NCBI GenBank assembly: GCA_016748015.1 | Contig: JAAOMT010000328.1 | Coordinates: 1 to 64,000 of the forward strand | DNA length: 64,000 nt | Direction: 5' to 3' | From: Geosiphon pyriformis uo1 | Taxonomy: Eukaryota; Fungi; Glomeromycota | In this document: in pieces, positions 24,966-42,893 of the stretch | How the letters are laid out: the number at the start of each line of letters is the position of its first letter | Numbering within the stretch: position 1 is the stretch's first letter | Position numbers and translations under genes: made by a program | The notes under the pieces: generated by a model | Told to the model about the DNA's origin: nothing | The model's database searches: none | Seen by the model: the letters and a program-made list of their open reading frames with translations, nothing else

Positions 24966-27900
24966 TTAATTGTTCCTCTTTTGTTTTTTCTCTTGCTTAA
25001 AAGCCGCGATTCGTTCTTTCAACTCAATGTCTAATTATTATGAAAAGGTGATCATTAAAAGAAGAGTAAAGTAAAAAGTTTCATCCTTTTACAACTTACT
25101 AGGTATAACCTGATCTATTGACAATGGCTTTCTATTGAATGGATCTGTCGCATCACTTAAAAGATGTGTGGCGATTGTGCTTCGGTCAATGGTAACTTGT
25201 GAATCTGGCAGAGTTACAGGATCTTCCATAATATGATACATTAAAGGATCTGTATATTTTTTTTCGGGGTAAAAATTTTCATTAAAACACTAATGATCCA
25301 ATTAACGATTCAAATATGTAAAATCTAACCATTATTGAACTCACCCAAAAACTCTTCAGGTATATCTCCCAATTCCTCTTCACCTTCTGCTTCCAGCTTG
25401 ACCATTTCCTCGACTCGATTCACAAATATATCCAATTTTTTTAATTCAGCCTCATTTTTTCTTGAAAACTTATCCATGATTTTTGCTGCTTTCAAGAACA
25501 ATTCCTTTCGATAACTTCTGCCATCTCGTGCCACAGCATGAATAAATTCCTGCTGTTGACATAAATGAAGATAGACATCAAGAATATCCGAGAGCAAATC
25601 ACGGGGACTGAACCGATACTTTTCGGGGTTCTTAACTTTCAATTCTGTACACTTTGGTCCAACTAAAGACATCAGGTTATAATTTAACATAGCTGCCAGA
25701 CGATCAACTATTTGTGGAGTTATGAACGGCTCAACAATTTCTTTAGTCATCGATTTCAGCATTTTCACCGTTTCATCGCCCAGTGTCATGTAAGATGTAG
25801 CTTGCCGCTCCAAAGATCTTAACAATCCTTCCCGTTCTTGTCGAACTTGCTATTAATTAGTAAGATATTGTAGATAAATAAATATCAACTAAGAGATTCG
25901 ATTCGTCAAAAACATGGTTACTCAATTTTAAAAACCTGGGTTCGATTCTCCCATTCTGTCATATCATCCATTTCACCCTGAATGTTTCGAATTTCGGCCA
26001 ATTTCGTCAAAGATTCGTCTAATAAATAAGTTGCATCATTCATCATCAAATTGGCGAATTTAACAAAGGATTCGGTTTTTCTATGGGAATTTTATTTAAT
26101 TAATATCAAGAAGGCTCATTAAGTAAATTGCAAATAAATTCGAGGTAAATATTCTCACTGGCTCTCTTCCTTCAACCTTTCCCGATGGACGGAATTGTCC
26201 CAGATTGATTTGAAAATTTGTGATATATTATATCGAATATTAAACTTGTCATAAAACTGGGAATGCGTGCCAGTTTGTTCGACCTCTGCGTGAAAAAAAA
26301 AATCGAGATAAGACAATATTACAAACTGTAATTTGTGATTATACTCAAGTACCTACCAACATAAAAAGACATCAAAGCTGGCATTAGATGATTTAACGAA
26401 AGAGGATGGGTATTCAAAAGAGCTCCCAAGCCACCTTCATTTTGACCCCGAAATGGAAGAGTGAAATAGAATAATATCTGTGGGATTTGCCCGTAGAAAA
26501 GGGAAAAAGTGAAAGAATATTTTTGAAGGATGAATATTTTCATCCAAATCAGTTTAAATAGAACGAGCAATAAGTACCTCCACCAATTTTGCTTTCAAGT
26601 AAGGATTTTTGATATAGGAGGATGATCTCAGAAATGTAATTATAAAAGTGACCAATTCATCCCGAGAATTCTGAACAATCACCATGGGATTCCATCTGGT
26701 TATAGTAAAAGTTTACCACTCAATTTAATTAATTTCGGAAAACCAAAAAAACTGTTAAATTTTCTTTGGATTACCTAGATATGAACAAGAAAAATTCGGT
26801 GATGTCTTCAATAAAATATTCGGGCAACATTGCGAAAGAGGGTGATGGTGTAGAAGGCAGTGGAAGACTACAAAATTAAAGTGAATGCTTAGCCGTAAAC
26901 ATTGCAATGGATATTAAATTTTTGGTATCCAAAAGGTGCTTATTTAAAATGATGGTATTATTTGCTCACTGAATTGGCTCCCAAGGATATTTCATATTCG
27001 GATCAACGATTCTCACTATCCAGGTCATAACCAAATTATAAAATTGTAACGAGTGGGTTAATAGATGTGGGTCTAAGAGCTGGGACTCGAATGCCAACTT
27101 TTGAGACATCATTTTCTCCAATTGTATCTAAAAATGAGTCAAGAAAAAAAGTTTATCATCAATAAGAAAAAGTTTGAAAAAAATAAAATACTTAATCCTG
27201 GCCTACCTTCATCCTTTCTAGCATTGCTTCATTGATCAAGTTAGTCGACGACTACACGATGTAATTGCGACACTATAAGAATATGGAGCCTCGATTAACA
27301 AATATGAGAAGCCAATCGGATTTCCAAATTTACATACCGAGGCCCATGTTGGTTGTTCGGCTTTGGCTCGTTCATATTGTTTCTGAAGTTCATTCAAATC
27401 TCTGACAAAGTTGTTATATTTTGCGAAAGAATGCATTAGACCATAGTGGTGCATAGCCACGGTAATAAAAAATATCTCGGATATAAAATTTTGTCCTATT
27501 TGGAAGAAAAACCAAAAAATCAATTATCAATCCGTCTCAAATTTTCAGGTGATACGGCAAAAACGCAAATGATTTAATAACCATTTTCAAATCGATCCCT
27601 ATAGTATTCATCGGATTCTTGTTGGGTGGCACTTATTTTTGTCTCCTGAGTAATATCAATCCGTTGACTTTTGCGAAAATAGTCGATATCAATCCGATTG
27701 ATCTAAAGAGAAAAGTCTCAAATTAATCGATTTAATCACCATGAAAACGTTAAATTAGATGTAATCAAAAATTACCTTCGAGTATTTAGCATCCATAAAG
27801 GGCTGGGCAAACTTTACAAGGATACTGGTAAGGTTTAGTAGAAAACCATCCGTTCCAACTGTCATAGGGTCCACCTGAGCGAAATATTATGAGCAATTTA

Positions 27901-30500
27901 TTTCGGTTACCCTTTATTGCATAGAGAATAAAAAGTGTCATGCCTGCATCTGGGCCCTCTTCTCATTTATTTTTATTATGGTGGCCCAATAATCCAAAAC
28001 TGCTTCCCTAGCAGCAGGTGATGGAGAGCGTACTATATTATTGAAAATATTGAAAAGCGTATCCTGATTTGATCAAAATGAATTTAGTTTATTTCACATG
28101 TATTGCCAAAAGAGCCAAGATTAAGAGTGTCTGAAAAAACATGCACCTGCACCCTCTGCAATGTGCCCCTGATGCTAGCTATAGCTGAATCGACGTCACG
28201 TTGAGACCTTTCAAGCGGATTTGAGAAATAGGTTTCTGTTATCGAGGGCTATTGTAATCAAAGATAGAAAGTAAAAAGTTTAAGAGACTCGATGCTTTTT
28301 GCTAAGGAATAAGAAAATTCTGCAAAGTATTTCATAAAGGGCTCAAAACCTCTTCCATTGGAAACACGGAAATTCTGCAAAATGGGCCGAGGAGAGATGC
28401 GACTTCAAGCACTCGGGCAGTAAGATGTGGTGGATTCCACCTGGCTAATGTAGGAAGCTATTAACATATGTAAATGACACAATCAGTTCAAGATTTTGAC
28501 CGCGGTATATTCGAGCCTTCTGACGTCAATGAAATAAAATTACATGCAGAATCCTTCAACTATTGAAAGAAAAGACAGTGATCAAATTCGAATTTTCCAC
28601 CTACCATTGCAGCAAAAGGTTTTATTTCTGTCAATATCATTATGGCCTGCAAATGAAGTTATTAGATAAAGAAATTACCAACTTCTCAACTTTGAAATTC
28701 AAAAAAAACACGTACACGTAAGGGGGGTCGAAAATCTTCCAGGATGTTTTTTTTACGCATATGTTCCCCTAAACCAAGAACAATAGGGCTAAATACCTAC
28801 AAGTTTTAGTTGATTATATTTCTGATTTTGACTTCGAAGTTCTTATAATCTCGGCTAGCAAATAATAAACATAATTGCTCGTACTTTCGTTTGCATCTCA
28901 CCTCTTCAAACCCATCATGTTCAAATCTTACAACGAGTTCTTGAATAAAATCCAACGGCAAACCTTCTGGTGTATCTGTTTCAAAGAGAAACCTAGGTAC
29001 AATTTGCTGTGGACCTAAGGGTATTGACCTTCAAGAATTGAAAATATTCATAAATAAGCGATAAACTGGAAAGAAAGTTGAACAATTCAAAATTTGATTC
29101 AGAATGACCAACATTTCAATCTGTGGGAACATATCAGGCATCTGAAGGATTAATCCAGAGTAGGAAACCAATAAGCCCTTGAGTTGATCCATTAAACCTG
29201 TCCTTTGATTAATAACCGATGGATCCAATGACTTTAAAATAAAAGAGTGCCGAAAAGCTTTCAGTATTCTTATCCTTTAAAAATGATTGTTCTAAATCAC
29301 AGATAAGTTTCTGTTCGTCTTATATTTTTACCTTCGCGCGAGATACCAAGTTTCTCTTGATCTCTGAAGCTCTTTTCCAACATCCTAATAGGTAGTCAAA
29401 CATAGGTATTTTGGGTAATTTGTTAACAGCCATTAATGTTTCATCATCGTCACTCATTTCACGAGGGTCAATAGATAATCGTGCAACTAAAGCACGATCC
29501 AAAAGTTCTTGGGAGAGTCTGAAAGGAAAGGACGCGTCCGCTGACGTTAAATAAATGTTATTAGATGTTTTGATTTACCTCACTTCTACTGTAGACAAGT
29601 ATTAATTCCCTCATACCAGGATTCTCCTCTTTTAACTCAGCAACCAGACCATTAAGATAGATCAGTGGACTTCCATCTTTTTCGGCCGCTAATTTCTTTA
29701 TGTATTCAATAAAAAATAAAAGCAACAGAAAAAAAGGCCAGAATAATTGATTATTTTTCGATAAACACTCGCATTATGTTTATTAAATTTCTCGAGACCA
29801 ATTTTATACAATAAAATATTATGTTTTTGAGATAATTGGTATATTTGCAAGGTCACCCCACCACACCCACTTACATCAAGAGTAATTTCCAAGACTTTGG
29901 AAATGGCATCATTTTGCCAATCTTCAAATGACTTTGTTGACGTTTGAAGTTTTTGCGAAGAGGTAATTGGTTTCTTTTCCAAGATCGAAGGTAAAAGTTT
30001 TTAAATTATATACATGGGTTTTTAAGCTATGTGATTAGAATTCAATTTTGAACCGGATATTTGTTTTTTTTATCACAACGAATTAATTAGCTCAAAATAA
30101 AAGGTTTTTACTATGTTAGTATAACATAGTAAAAAGCAAAGGATTCATACATACCTTCAAAGTAACGTCTTGATTTCCTTTATTTTGAGGCATGTTAGAA
30201 ATTTGTTTGATATAGCTAACTTTTTTTCCCGTATCCTTTGGCGCAGCTATTGCAACCGTGGAATTCGACGGGCCAGCAGCGTGATCTGAGTTCCTGGTTT
30301 GAAGTTTTGCTAAGCGTTTTAAACGTATCTAAGGAACCAATTTCAAGTGGTTTTTGAAGTAGGGTAACAAAAATGTTAAAACTGACTAAATTACGACACT
30401 TTACTCTTTCTGCGTCTGCAAGAGGTGAGTTTTGAGGTCCTGATTGTCTCGATGAAAGCTCTTCGGATTCTGAAGGTTTTGTTGGTGGTGAAGGCTCCAT
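24966..30500 (-). CDS. UFD2: Ubiquitin conjugation factor E4 (U-box), many exons
   Basis: N-terminal [78 protein letters not shown], and U-box [36 protein letters not shown]. Confidence 0.96.
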
Positions 30501-31075
30501 AGCTTTTTAGACTTTTGAAGGTAAATGATAGGGAAATGTTTATTTAAGACAAAACTCTTCTTTATCAATTTGTTGCCACGTGTCTATTTATTATCCCATA
30601 AATTAATTTATTTAAATAAATCAAGATGTTGAATTATTATTTTTTTTCCTTTATATTCCTTCTCTTTGGCAAAAGACGAAATTAAAATTTTCTTATTTTT
30701 AAATAAGGAAACGTGGTCGCACTTTTTTTTGCTTTGGGGAAGAAGATTATCTTCTGTCCGTACTATCTACTGCTTTCAAGATTGATCACTTGTAAGTGGT
30801 TCGTCTTAGCGGACACATTCGGATTCATTAGTTTTCTGTGACTTCAGCTTTTTATTATAGTAGGATAAATGCTATATCATGGCTGTGTATAATATAACAA
30901 AATTTAGGCGAAAAAAAAACCCCCTTTATTGCTCGAAATAATTGATAACCATAAATCTTTATACGTCCTGATATATTAACAAAATATAGAATTTTTAAAT
31001 TTTGTATTTTTTTACATTCAAAAATAAAACAAGCAAAGCAAAAAAACATTATTTAAAAATTAGCAATTATATATA

Positions 31076-31470
31076 GGGAGTGCTGCAATTGGATGACGCG
31101 TCGTCGCCTCCATCGAGCCAAGCGTGCCGCACTCGTTCTTCTACGCGTCCATATTACATCTTTAAACATCTACAGTGAGATTGACACTCCTCAACTTTAG
31201 CCTACAAAGAACATGAGCACATTGGATGTATGGTTTGGACGGTAGGTGCTTTTCTGAAGAAAAAGGCGCGGCACCCTATATTTGTTCACCGGTGCAACAC
31301 CCAACCCTGAAATTTTCAGCTCTCATGTCGTTGAATACGGCCATAATCAGCTTCTGAGAATTCTTTATTCGCGCGTCATCACGTGAATCCTTGGCTTATC
31401 TGACAAGCAGCTTGACATATACTTCCCCGAAGACATCCTCATTATCGAGCCGGGTAAGTAATGCCGATTA
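31076..31470. pseudogene. GC-richer decayed coding-like fragment, unidentified
   Basis: CpG-containing island in AT-rich DNA. The minus frame reads ALLTRLDNEDVFGEVYVKLLVR*AKDS..QKLIMAVFNDMRAENF with stops. Confidence 0.25.
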
Positions 31471-31529
31471 CAATAAATCAATTTATGTAATTAGATGTTG
31501 GAACCATATGGCAACTAGGGACAAGATAA

Positions 31530-31562
<33 letters not shown>
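31530..31562. repeat. (AAT)n microsatellite
   Basis: About 11 consecutive AAT units. Confidence 0.9.
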
Positions 31563-31563
<1 letters not shown>

Positions 31564-31569
31564 TAATTT

Positions 31570-33170
31570 GAAAAATTGTTAAAAAAAGTAATTAAGACTG
31601 CAAATAATTTTTTTTTTTTTTGTAATATTAACTTTAAAATTTTATTCATAGTAGTAAAATTTAGTATTTAAATATAAAACTTTAATAATAATAAATAGAA
31701 TACATTGTAAATTTTGTAATTAATAAACCATTAAATTAATTTAATCAATAATTTTAAATATTTCAAGTTTTTAAATTTAATTTTTTTAAAAGTTAAAAAA
31801 GCCAAGTTTAATTATAAACTTAAAAAAATTTTTATTGTATTTAATTAATTAATTTTTTATATTTAAATTGTATATTTTTTTATTTTTTAAATAATTATAT
31901 TACAAGTTTATTTTAAAATTGTTTTATATATTTCAAATATTTTTTCAAAGTTAATTAACATATTTTTTTATATAAATAAAAAATTATAATTAAACAAATT
32001 TTTGTTTTAAATAATTTAATTAAATAATTTTAAAATTTAAAAGCAAACTATAAACATAATTTAAAAATTCAAAGATTTTAATGTATTTATATATTATTTT
32101 TTTTATAATGAAATTTTTTATTAATATTATGTAAAGTTTATTTATAAATTTTATATTATAAATTTTATTTATAAATAATTTTTTATATAATTTTAAAATT
32201 ATTATTATTTAGTTTAATTACATAAATCACAATTTTTCAAACTTTAAAACAATATTTATTTTAATATTTGTTTTAATAATATGTTTAAATATGTAATTTA
32301 ATAATATAATTTTACTATATTTAATATTTGTAATATTTAAGTTTTTAATATTTTTACATTTTTTTATTTAATAATTAATATTTTATTATTAAATGTTTTA
32401 AATATATATATTTTTATACTTAATATTTTTAATTAAAATTATTTATAAATTATTATTTATTTAATTAAAAAATTATATTATTAAATATTTAATTAAATAA
32501 TTTTTAAATTATAAATATTATTAAAAAAAAACAATTACAATTTTTTTATAATAGTTAAAAAAACATTTATTTAAACCATTTTTTTATATATTTATAGTGT
32601 AATTTAATTACAAATTATTCTTATATAAATTAATTTCTGTATATTAAACATGAATTATATATAAACAACATATAATTAGCTATTTAAACCAATTAAATTA
32701 TATTATATTACAGTTACAAAACTTTTATTAAACACTAAATCTAAAAAAAAATTCTAAAAAAACCTGTACATTTTACTTGTTATTTTATAGTTATAATATT
32801 TAAATATTCAAGTTACAATCCATATTTTTTCAGTGTGTTTTTTGGTAATCTGTTATTAAATTGGTTTTTAATGTTATTATTTGGTATTATTTTCAATTTT
32901 TCTGTTTTTGTTTTTTTTTTATAATGTTTTTATTTAATATTATATATTGGTATTACAAAGTTATTTTTAATTTTTTTATTATTTTTTATATAAGTTATAT
33001 AATCTTTTAAATTAGTTTATTATTAAATAATAAAATACGTATAAATTATTAACAAAAAAATTAGCAAATTTATATATGTGTATAATAAAAAATTTACATA
33101 TAAACTTTTAATTGCCAAATATAAAATTTTTAGAATAAGACCTATTTTAATATTGCTTGCATTAAGTATA
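31570..33170. other. Extremely AT-rich tract, probably a fully eroded repeat
   Basis: Very few G/C, no ORFs of 60 aa or more, and sharp boundaries against genic DNA. Confidence 0.6.
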
Positions 33171-33178
33171 ATATAATA

Positions 33179-33462
33179 AGGAAATTGCTAAATCGACCCA
33201 CCCTTTTTGCTAAATCGATCTACCCGCAACACGTGATATTAATATATATAGAATTTTAATATTTATTTATTAGTAATTCTAATAAATATTAGCTTAATTA
33301 AAATAAAAAATAACTTTTTCTTATATAAAATTGAATATAGATTATAAAAGTATTTTTTATAGTGTTTTATAATTAAAAAACACTTCCTATATATAGTTGA
33401 ATACGAAACTATGACGTAAAATTATATCACGTGTTGCGGGTGGGTCGATTTACCAATTCCCT
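33179..33462. mobile_element. MITE / non-autonomous TIR element (~284 bp)
   Basis: Left end AGGAAATTGCTAAATCGACCCACCC and right end GGGTGGGTCGATTTACCAATTCCCT. A second subterminal copy extends the inverted match through ACCCGCAACACGTGATAT. AT-rich interior, ATAATA on both flanks. Confidence 0.8.
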
Positions 33463-33820
33463 ATAATAAAATACTTAAATTATGTATTTATATATACAAT
33501 TAATCATAACTTGAAAATAAAAATCTTGGAATTTTTAACAGTATTTAAATGTGAATGTAAGTTATTCAAAAGTTTTGAACAAATAAATTTCAATATTAGA
33601 ATACTGCAAAATAATTTGGGTGATAGATTTAGATGTTTAAATATATTGCATGTACATGTACCATGTGAATTAAAAACTTAAAATAATAGTATAATTAAAT
33701 TTATGGTTAATCAAATTGTCAAAGTTTATGCTATATTTGAACTTTGATAAATTATTTATTTGTTAAACTTATAAATAACGAATTTCAACACCTAATTTCC
33801 AAACACAAAAAGACGTCTCA

Positions 33821-37235
<3,415 letters not shown>

Positions 37236-37854
37236 ATTTTTTTGGAAGCGTGAATAACAATCCAAGACGGATCTTTCACCTAGAGTGTAGAAGTACCAAT
37301 TTTCCTATTTATTTATTTGTGTTTGTTTATTCTATCGCTTTTGGGAGTTGTGAACAATTACAAGTCCCGTTTTTATGATTTTGATTGAATTGACGAATTA
37401 GGTGTTATTTCCAATAATCATTGAAGGGTGAGATACCAGAAATTAGCATAAATCAGAACTTTAATAATGATACTGAAAATTGAAATTTTATCATTCAATT
37501 AAAAAATACATTTTGCCTCTAAAAAGGCTTACAAGTTACAACCAGCGACTATCCCGTAAATTTTTAGGACCGCATTGCTTACGGGAGCGACCGATTTTAA
37601 AAAAAATCAAAAAATCACTATATAGTGTTAAAAGGAGAAATTTGAAAACACGAATATTCCTCTGGAAGGAGCAAGTAGAGGCTATAGTAGGAGTAGAAAT
37701 GCATTTAGTTGTGGTGAGCTGGGTCCCATAGATGATAGTAAAAATATTGTGTTTCCGTTATTTTCCTTAGACCAATAATAATAATAATATAACAATATGG
37801 AGGCAATCTTAAGAAATCCAGAGGTCGAGAATGGGCGAGACAAAATCGAAGATT

Positions 37855-38903
37855 TTACAAAAGTGTGCAGTTTCTGGTCCTTCCTTTTCTCGGCCTGGCT
37901 AAAAGAGCTGCTCGTGTAGCATGTTCAAACACTTCACGAACCCCTTCGCCAGTTTTAGCCGAGCATTCTAAATACTTGTAAGCGCCGATCTTTGTGGCAA
38001 CAGACATACCCTAAATGGAAGGAATTCATTTTATATCATAAGATCAAATTAAGGACAAATTGTTGGAATCAAGTTTTAATATGTTGCAATACCTCTTCGG
38101 GTGTCACTGGTCTTTGCGTTGTCTTACGCAATTCCTCGATGGTTTTGGGATCAAATCTCAAATCTTTCTTGCAACCGACTAGAATAACAGGGAGACCATT
38201 ACAAAAATGCATTACCTCAGAAATCCACTAATTAATCCAATTTTCAGAACCAACCAAGAATAAGATGAAATTTAGATTTTTGCTTTATAAGAATTAAAAA
38301 TTTATTAATTCTTTTTAAAATACCATGACCAACCTTTTCTTGCACATTATCCAAAGAATCAGGGGAATCGACAGCGAAACAAATCAGAATAACGTGAGAG
38401 TCGGGATAAGAAAGGGGTCGAAGACGATCATAATCTTCTTGACCTATTTATTTATTTATTTTTGAGGAAGACATCAAAATAAGTGGTTTTGAAATTAAAT
38501 CTTAAAACTAAATTAAACATATTACCAGCTGTATCCCATAAGGCCAATTCAACATGTTTGCCATCTACTTCAACATCGGCAACGTAGTTTTCAAATACAG
38601 TAGGGACATAAACCTTTATAAAAAAACCAAAATTTATTAGAATTAATTGATTGCTTGAAAGTCAATTTATCTCTCCCTTCTTTAACAAACTTAATTAGCG
38701 CAAACAAAGGTTTACTTATGAAACAATTAATGTCAAAAGGACTATATATATATATATATATATATGATGATTGTTATTATGTTAGAAGCAATCAAATATA
38801 TACTCGCCTCAGGAAAAGTACCCTTAGAAAATACGATTAGAAGACAGGTTTTGCCACAAGCACCGTCGCCAACAATCACGAGTTTTCGGCGAATTTCAGA
38901 CAT
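37855..38903 (-). CDS. RHO1: Rho1 GTPase, 5 coding exons
   Basis: [94 protein letters not shown]. Probable 5'UTR intron at ~38905-38984. Confidence 0.97.
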
Positions 38904-40869
38904 TCTAACAGAGGGAAAAAGAAACGGTAAATAATGTCCAATGAAAATTTCGAATTTTATCCACATAATACTTGCGGGACTTACAGGATATAAAATTAAT
39001 ACTTGTGGTTTAAACTTTCTTGACGTAAAAAGAAGCAGTCAAAATAGATGAAAGTTAGTAAAAAGAAAAATATTGATGAGCTGGTAAAAAAAAAAATCTT
39101 GAACATACACAAAGAAAACGATTCAACCGTAGACAAACAAAAAAAGAGTATACTAATAATAATAATGATAATAATAATAATAGTAATAATAAAAACTTAT
39201 GGCAAGATTGGTTACTGTAGATGGATGCAAGACAGAGAAGAAAAGGAGAAGGACGAGTCAAGTCGAAAAGGATCAATTTAATAAAAAAGGGATGTATCAG
39301 AAGGGGCGTTCTATGGATGTACCAACTTCTAAAATTGATGTGGCGCACTTCCCTCAATCTTTATTGAAATGCTTGATTTATAAAGGTGTTCAGCCAATAT
39401 AATAATGTAAAGAGCTCTAGGGGTTGTACAGTTAAAAATGCGCGAATGCATTTGGGTTACACTTTTTCTTTCAAAACTTTCTATTGAACTCCCGATATTC
39501 CGGAAATTCTTGGCAGATTTGTAGTTGGAAAGTAATATAACTGCTAAGAATATTAATCACATATACCCTATTTATCAATTATAATGATTAGAATTATGTT
39601 CATTCGGAATTGGTTTTTTAAAACTTGATGCATAAACGAACAAAGAGAATTATATCTAAAAGAAATCATGTCAATAAAGCTATTTTCAGCAAAAATCGGA
39701 ATCAAACCATTTGCGAATGAAATTCAAATCAGGAATTCTGAAATTTGAAACTACAATAATTGATATTTTATATCAAGAATATATTATTTTTGAGAATTGG
39801 TATTTTTTATACTCTAAGTTAAAAAAATTAACACATAAATAAATACAAGATTTTATAAATTATATATTTAAATTAATTTGATTGAATTAATTAAGTTTGT
39901 ATAAATATAATGAATTAATTTGTTTAAAATATGTTATTATAATTAAAAAAAAATTATTGGCTTTAATAAAGTGTAATTTTTTTACAATTTATTTAATTAG
40001 AACACTATAAACATGAAAACTTAAAAATAACTTTAAAATATTCATTTTACATATAAAATAATTCAAATTTTCGTTATTTATTTATTTAAATTTTAATATT
40101 TTTTATATTAAATTTAATTAAATATAAACTTAATACTTATTTTTAGCATACAATTTATATTTTGGTTAAGTTTAATAAAACACTTAACCAATCTTAAAAA
40201 CAAATTAATAAAACTTTTAAAATAGATTTTTACAAAATAACAAATAAATTTAAAGTTTCGATATAAAAAACAAAATTAACAAAATAATTTTATAATAATT
40301 TTAAGCATAATAAATAATTTAAAAACCAGATAATTTAAATTTTAATACTTGTAATTATGTTAATATTTAAAAAAAAAATTGAAATATAAATTTTTTAAAA
40401 TATTTGTTTTGATAATTACAAAGTTAAAATTTTTTTAAAACTAAAAAATAATAATACATATTTTTTAAAAATAATTAAAATAAAATAATTAAAAAAAATC
40501 AATTAACTTAATTTAAAAACTATAAAAATTAACTAATAAAAATACCAAAAAAAAAAACCAAAGTTTTATTTTTAAAAAAAAAACAAATTTCAAAATTAAA
40601 ATAATATTTTAAAATATGTTAAAAAAAATTTATTCTTTAAAGTTTAAAAATTATAATAATAAGAATAAAAAACAAAAAAAATTGTTTTGGTTTTTTTAAT
40701 TATTTAAACAATAACAAAAAAAATCAAAAAACAATAATTTAACTATTAGTTTTTTGTTATAATTTTTTAAATAATAATAATTGTTTTTTACTCTTTTTTA
40801 TTTTTTATTAATTATTTTATAAAAAGCAATCCAACCACTATTTAAAATCATAAAATTATACAAGATCTT

Positions 40870-42893
40870 ATATTAAATATGATTTATGCTTTTTTTATAT
40901 ATAACCAGTTACTTGAACTAATTAAAACAGCACTATATATCTAAATTACTTATAATAGAAAAGTCATACAAAAAACTGAAACATATACTAAATAAATGAA
41001 AATATAAACTAAACAAACATAAACACCTAACCTAAAATCAAAATTATAAATTATTTTAAAAGACCATACAGATAACAAGTTAGATACAGTCAAAATTATA
41101 AACTTATTACATAGTAAAAGATTATGTTTCTTATAATACATCTTTAGTTTAGCAGCCAATAATTACATGGTAGATTTGTAACTTTCAATAAAATTTTAAA
41201 CCAAATCAATAACCAATAATACATTATCAAATTTTCTATTTAATAAGTATACTGTATTTGTTATTTACTTTCTTATTACAAAATCTTTGGCCAGTGATAT
41301 ATATAAATAATTAGAAGATTTAGTTTTATATAGAAATTAGATTATTATACTATCAGCAGTACAAACATCTAACAAACCAGTTCATATTTCAATAGTTTTC
41401 AAAATCAAATTCAATTTAGCATAGTTATTATAAATACAAAAAAATATATGTTTAAAGTTTTTTATTAACTTATACTAAATACACAATATACTAAGATAAC
41501 TTGAATTGTATAATTTCTTTTTTTTGACTATAAACAATTAATAGTATAAGGTTTTTATAAAGTAAGACTAAAATATTGCAAAGATTAAGCTAGTAAAACT
41601 TGAACAAACTCGACCATTAAAATACTATATATTAAAAGTTTTATGCATATTAATTTGGTTACACAAAGATCTGTTCACTATATTATCAACATATTTGAAA
41701 TTCCAACCAACAAAACTGATTGCTTTAAAAAAATGTTTAATAAAATAGTGAACATTTTTAAAAACAGGTCTATTTTTAATAGCAAAAAAATAATATAGTA
41801 TTCTAATAGGCAACATAAAATTAGACATAATAACAATATTGGCAAAAAAATTAGTATGCTTATTGCCAACAACTCTGAAATAACTTTTGATTTTGTTCTA
41901 ACTAATTAACAGATTTTTATATATAATAATATGACAAATATGTTTTTTCTATCCAATATTTATTGTAAAAATTGGAATTAATATTTTTATTAATTGAAAC
42001 ACTCATATTCAATAACATCTAATTATTCATAAATAACACAACTAAACTGAACACTAAAATACATTTTAAAGCAAAAACAATAACTTGCAGTTCTGTTAAA
42101 ATCAAAAAAAGCAAACTGTTTATTCTAATTTTTACATTCATATTAATGTCTGAAAAATAGGCAGCAGTATTACTATAAGTATTTACAGACCCCAAACCCT
42201 TGATTGAACCATCTGTATAAACAACTATATTTTTATATTTATTTTTTAAAAAATACTTACAAATAAAACCAAACTTGCTCATATATCAAACAGAAGTAAA
42301 ATAAAAAACCAGAACACTATTACTAATCAGACTACTATTTTTAATAAACTTAACCAGTAAATTAAACCAACTAAGAATCAGACCTCTGAAATCCAATTTT
42401 TTCTACTTATGAAATATACTCTACATAAAACATATGTCATAACAATTTAAAAACTGGTTTGCAAAAACAATACCAAATCTTTTTAGCAAACTTATTATAC
42501 TCAAATACTATTTTAAGTTTAAAACATCTACAACAGTAATATTATCACCAACTCTAAAAACATTAAACAAATTATTGTTTAAAGATAACCAACATAATAC
42601 AAAAATGTTGATCACACCAATTAAAAAGCAGTTTATAAGATTAATTAAAAATGTAATTAGAAAACAAAAAGATTGATAAGACATCCAACTAATAGTTTGC
42701 AAATCCATAGCTTTGTGTTCAAACAATCTGCCAAGAATGCTTTTTGAGTTAACAAAACTACCAAATTTGCCAAAAAATTTTCAGCTTGTAATTATTTAAA
42801 TGGTTTTAGATTATATAAATTAGGATAAATAATGGTTTTATTGAAAATTTTTTTAAATAAATTGGCCTTAAATTTAAGCCTTTTTTTTAATAT
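40870..42893 (-). mobile_element. Non-LTR retrotransposon (LINE) ORF2, 3' part with RNase H and C-terminal Zn-finger remnants, highly mutated
   Basis: IVVYTDGSIKGLGS..TELQVIVFALKC (RNase H, ~42020-42280) and downstream reading-frame remnants. Continues the frame broken at 50185. 3' end approximate. Confidence 0.8.

Noticed and set aside
37553-37587. TCCCGTAA...TTACGGGA inverted repeat downstream of RHO1
   Set aside because: An 8-bp stem only, plausible by chance.
39048-39402. Overlapping ORFs upstream of RHO1
   Set aside because: Low-complexity 5'UTR/promoter sequence (AAT and poly-A tracts) with no protein motifs.
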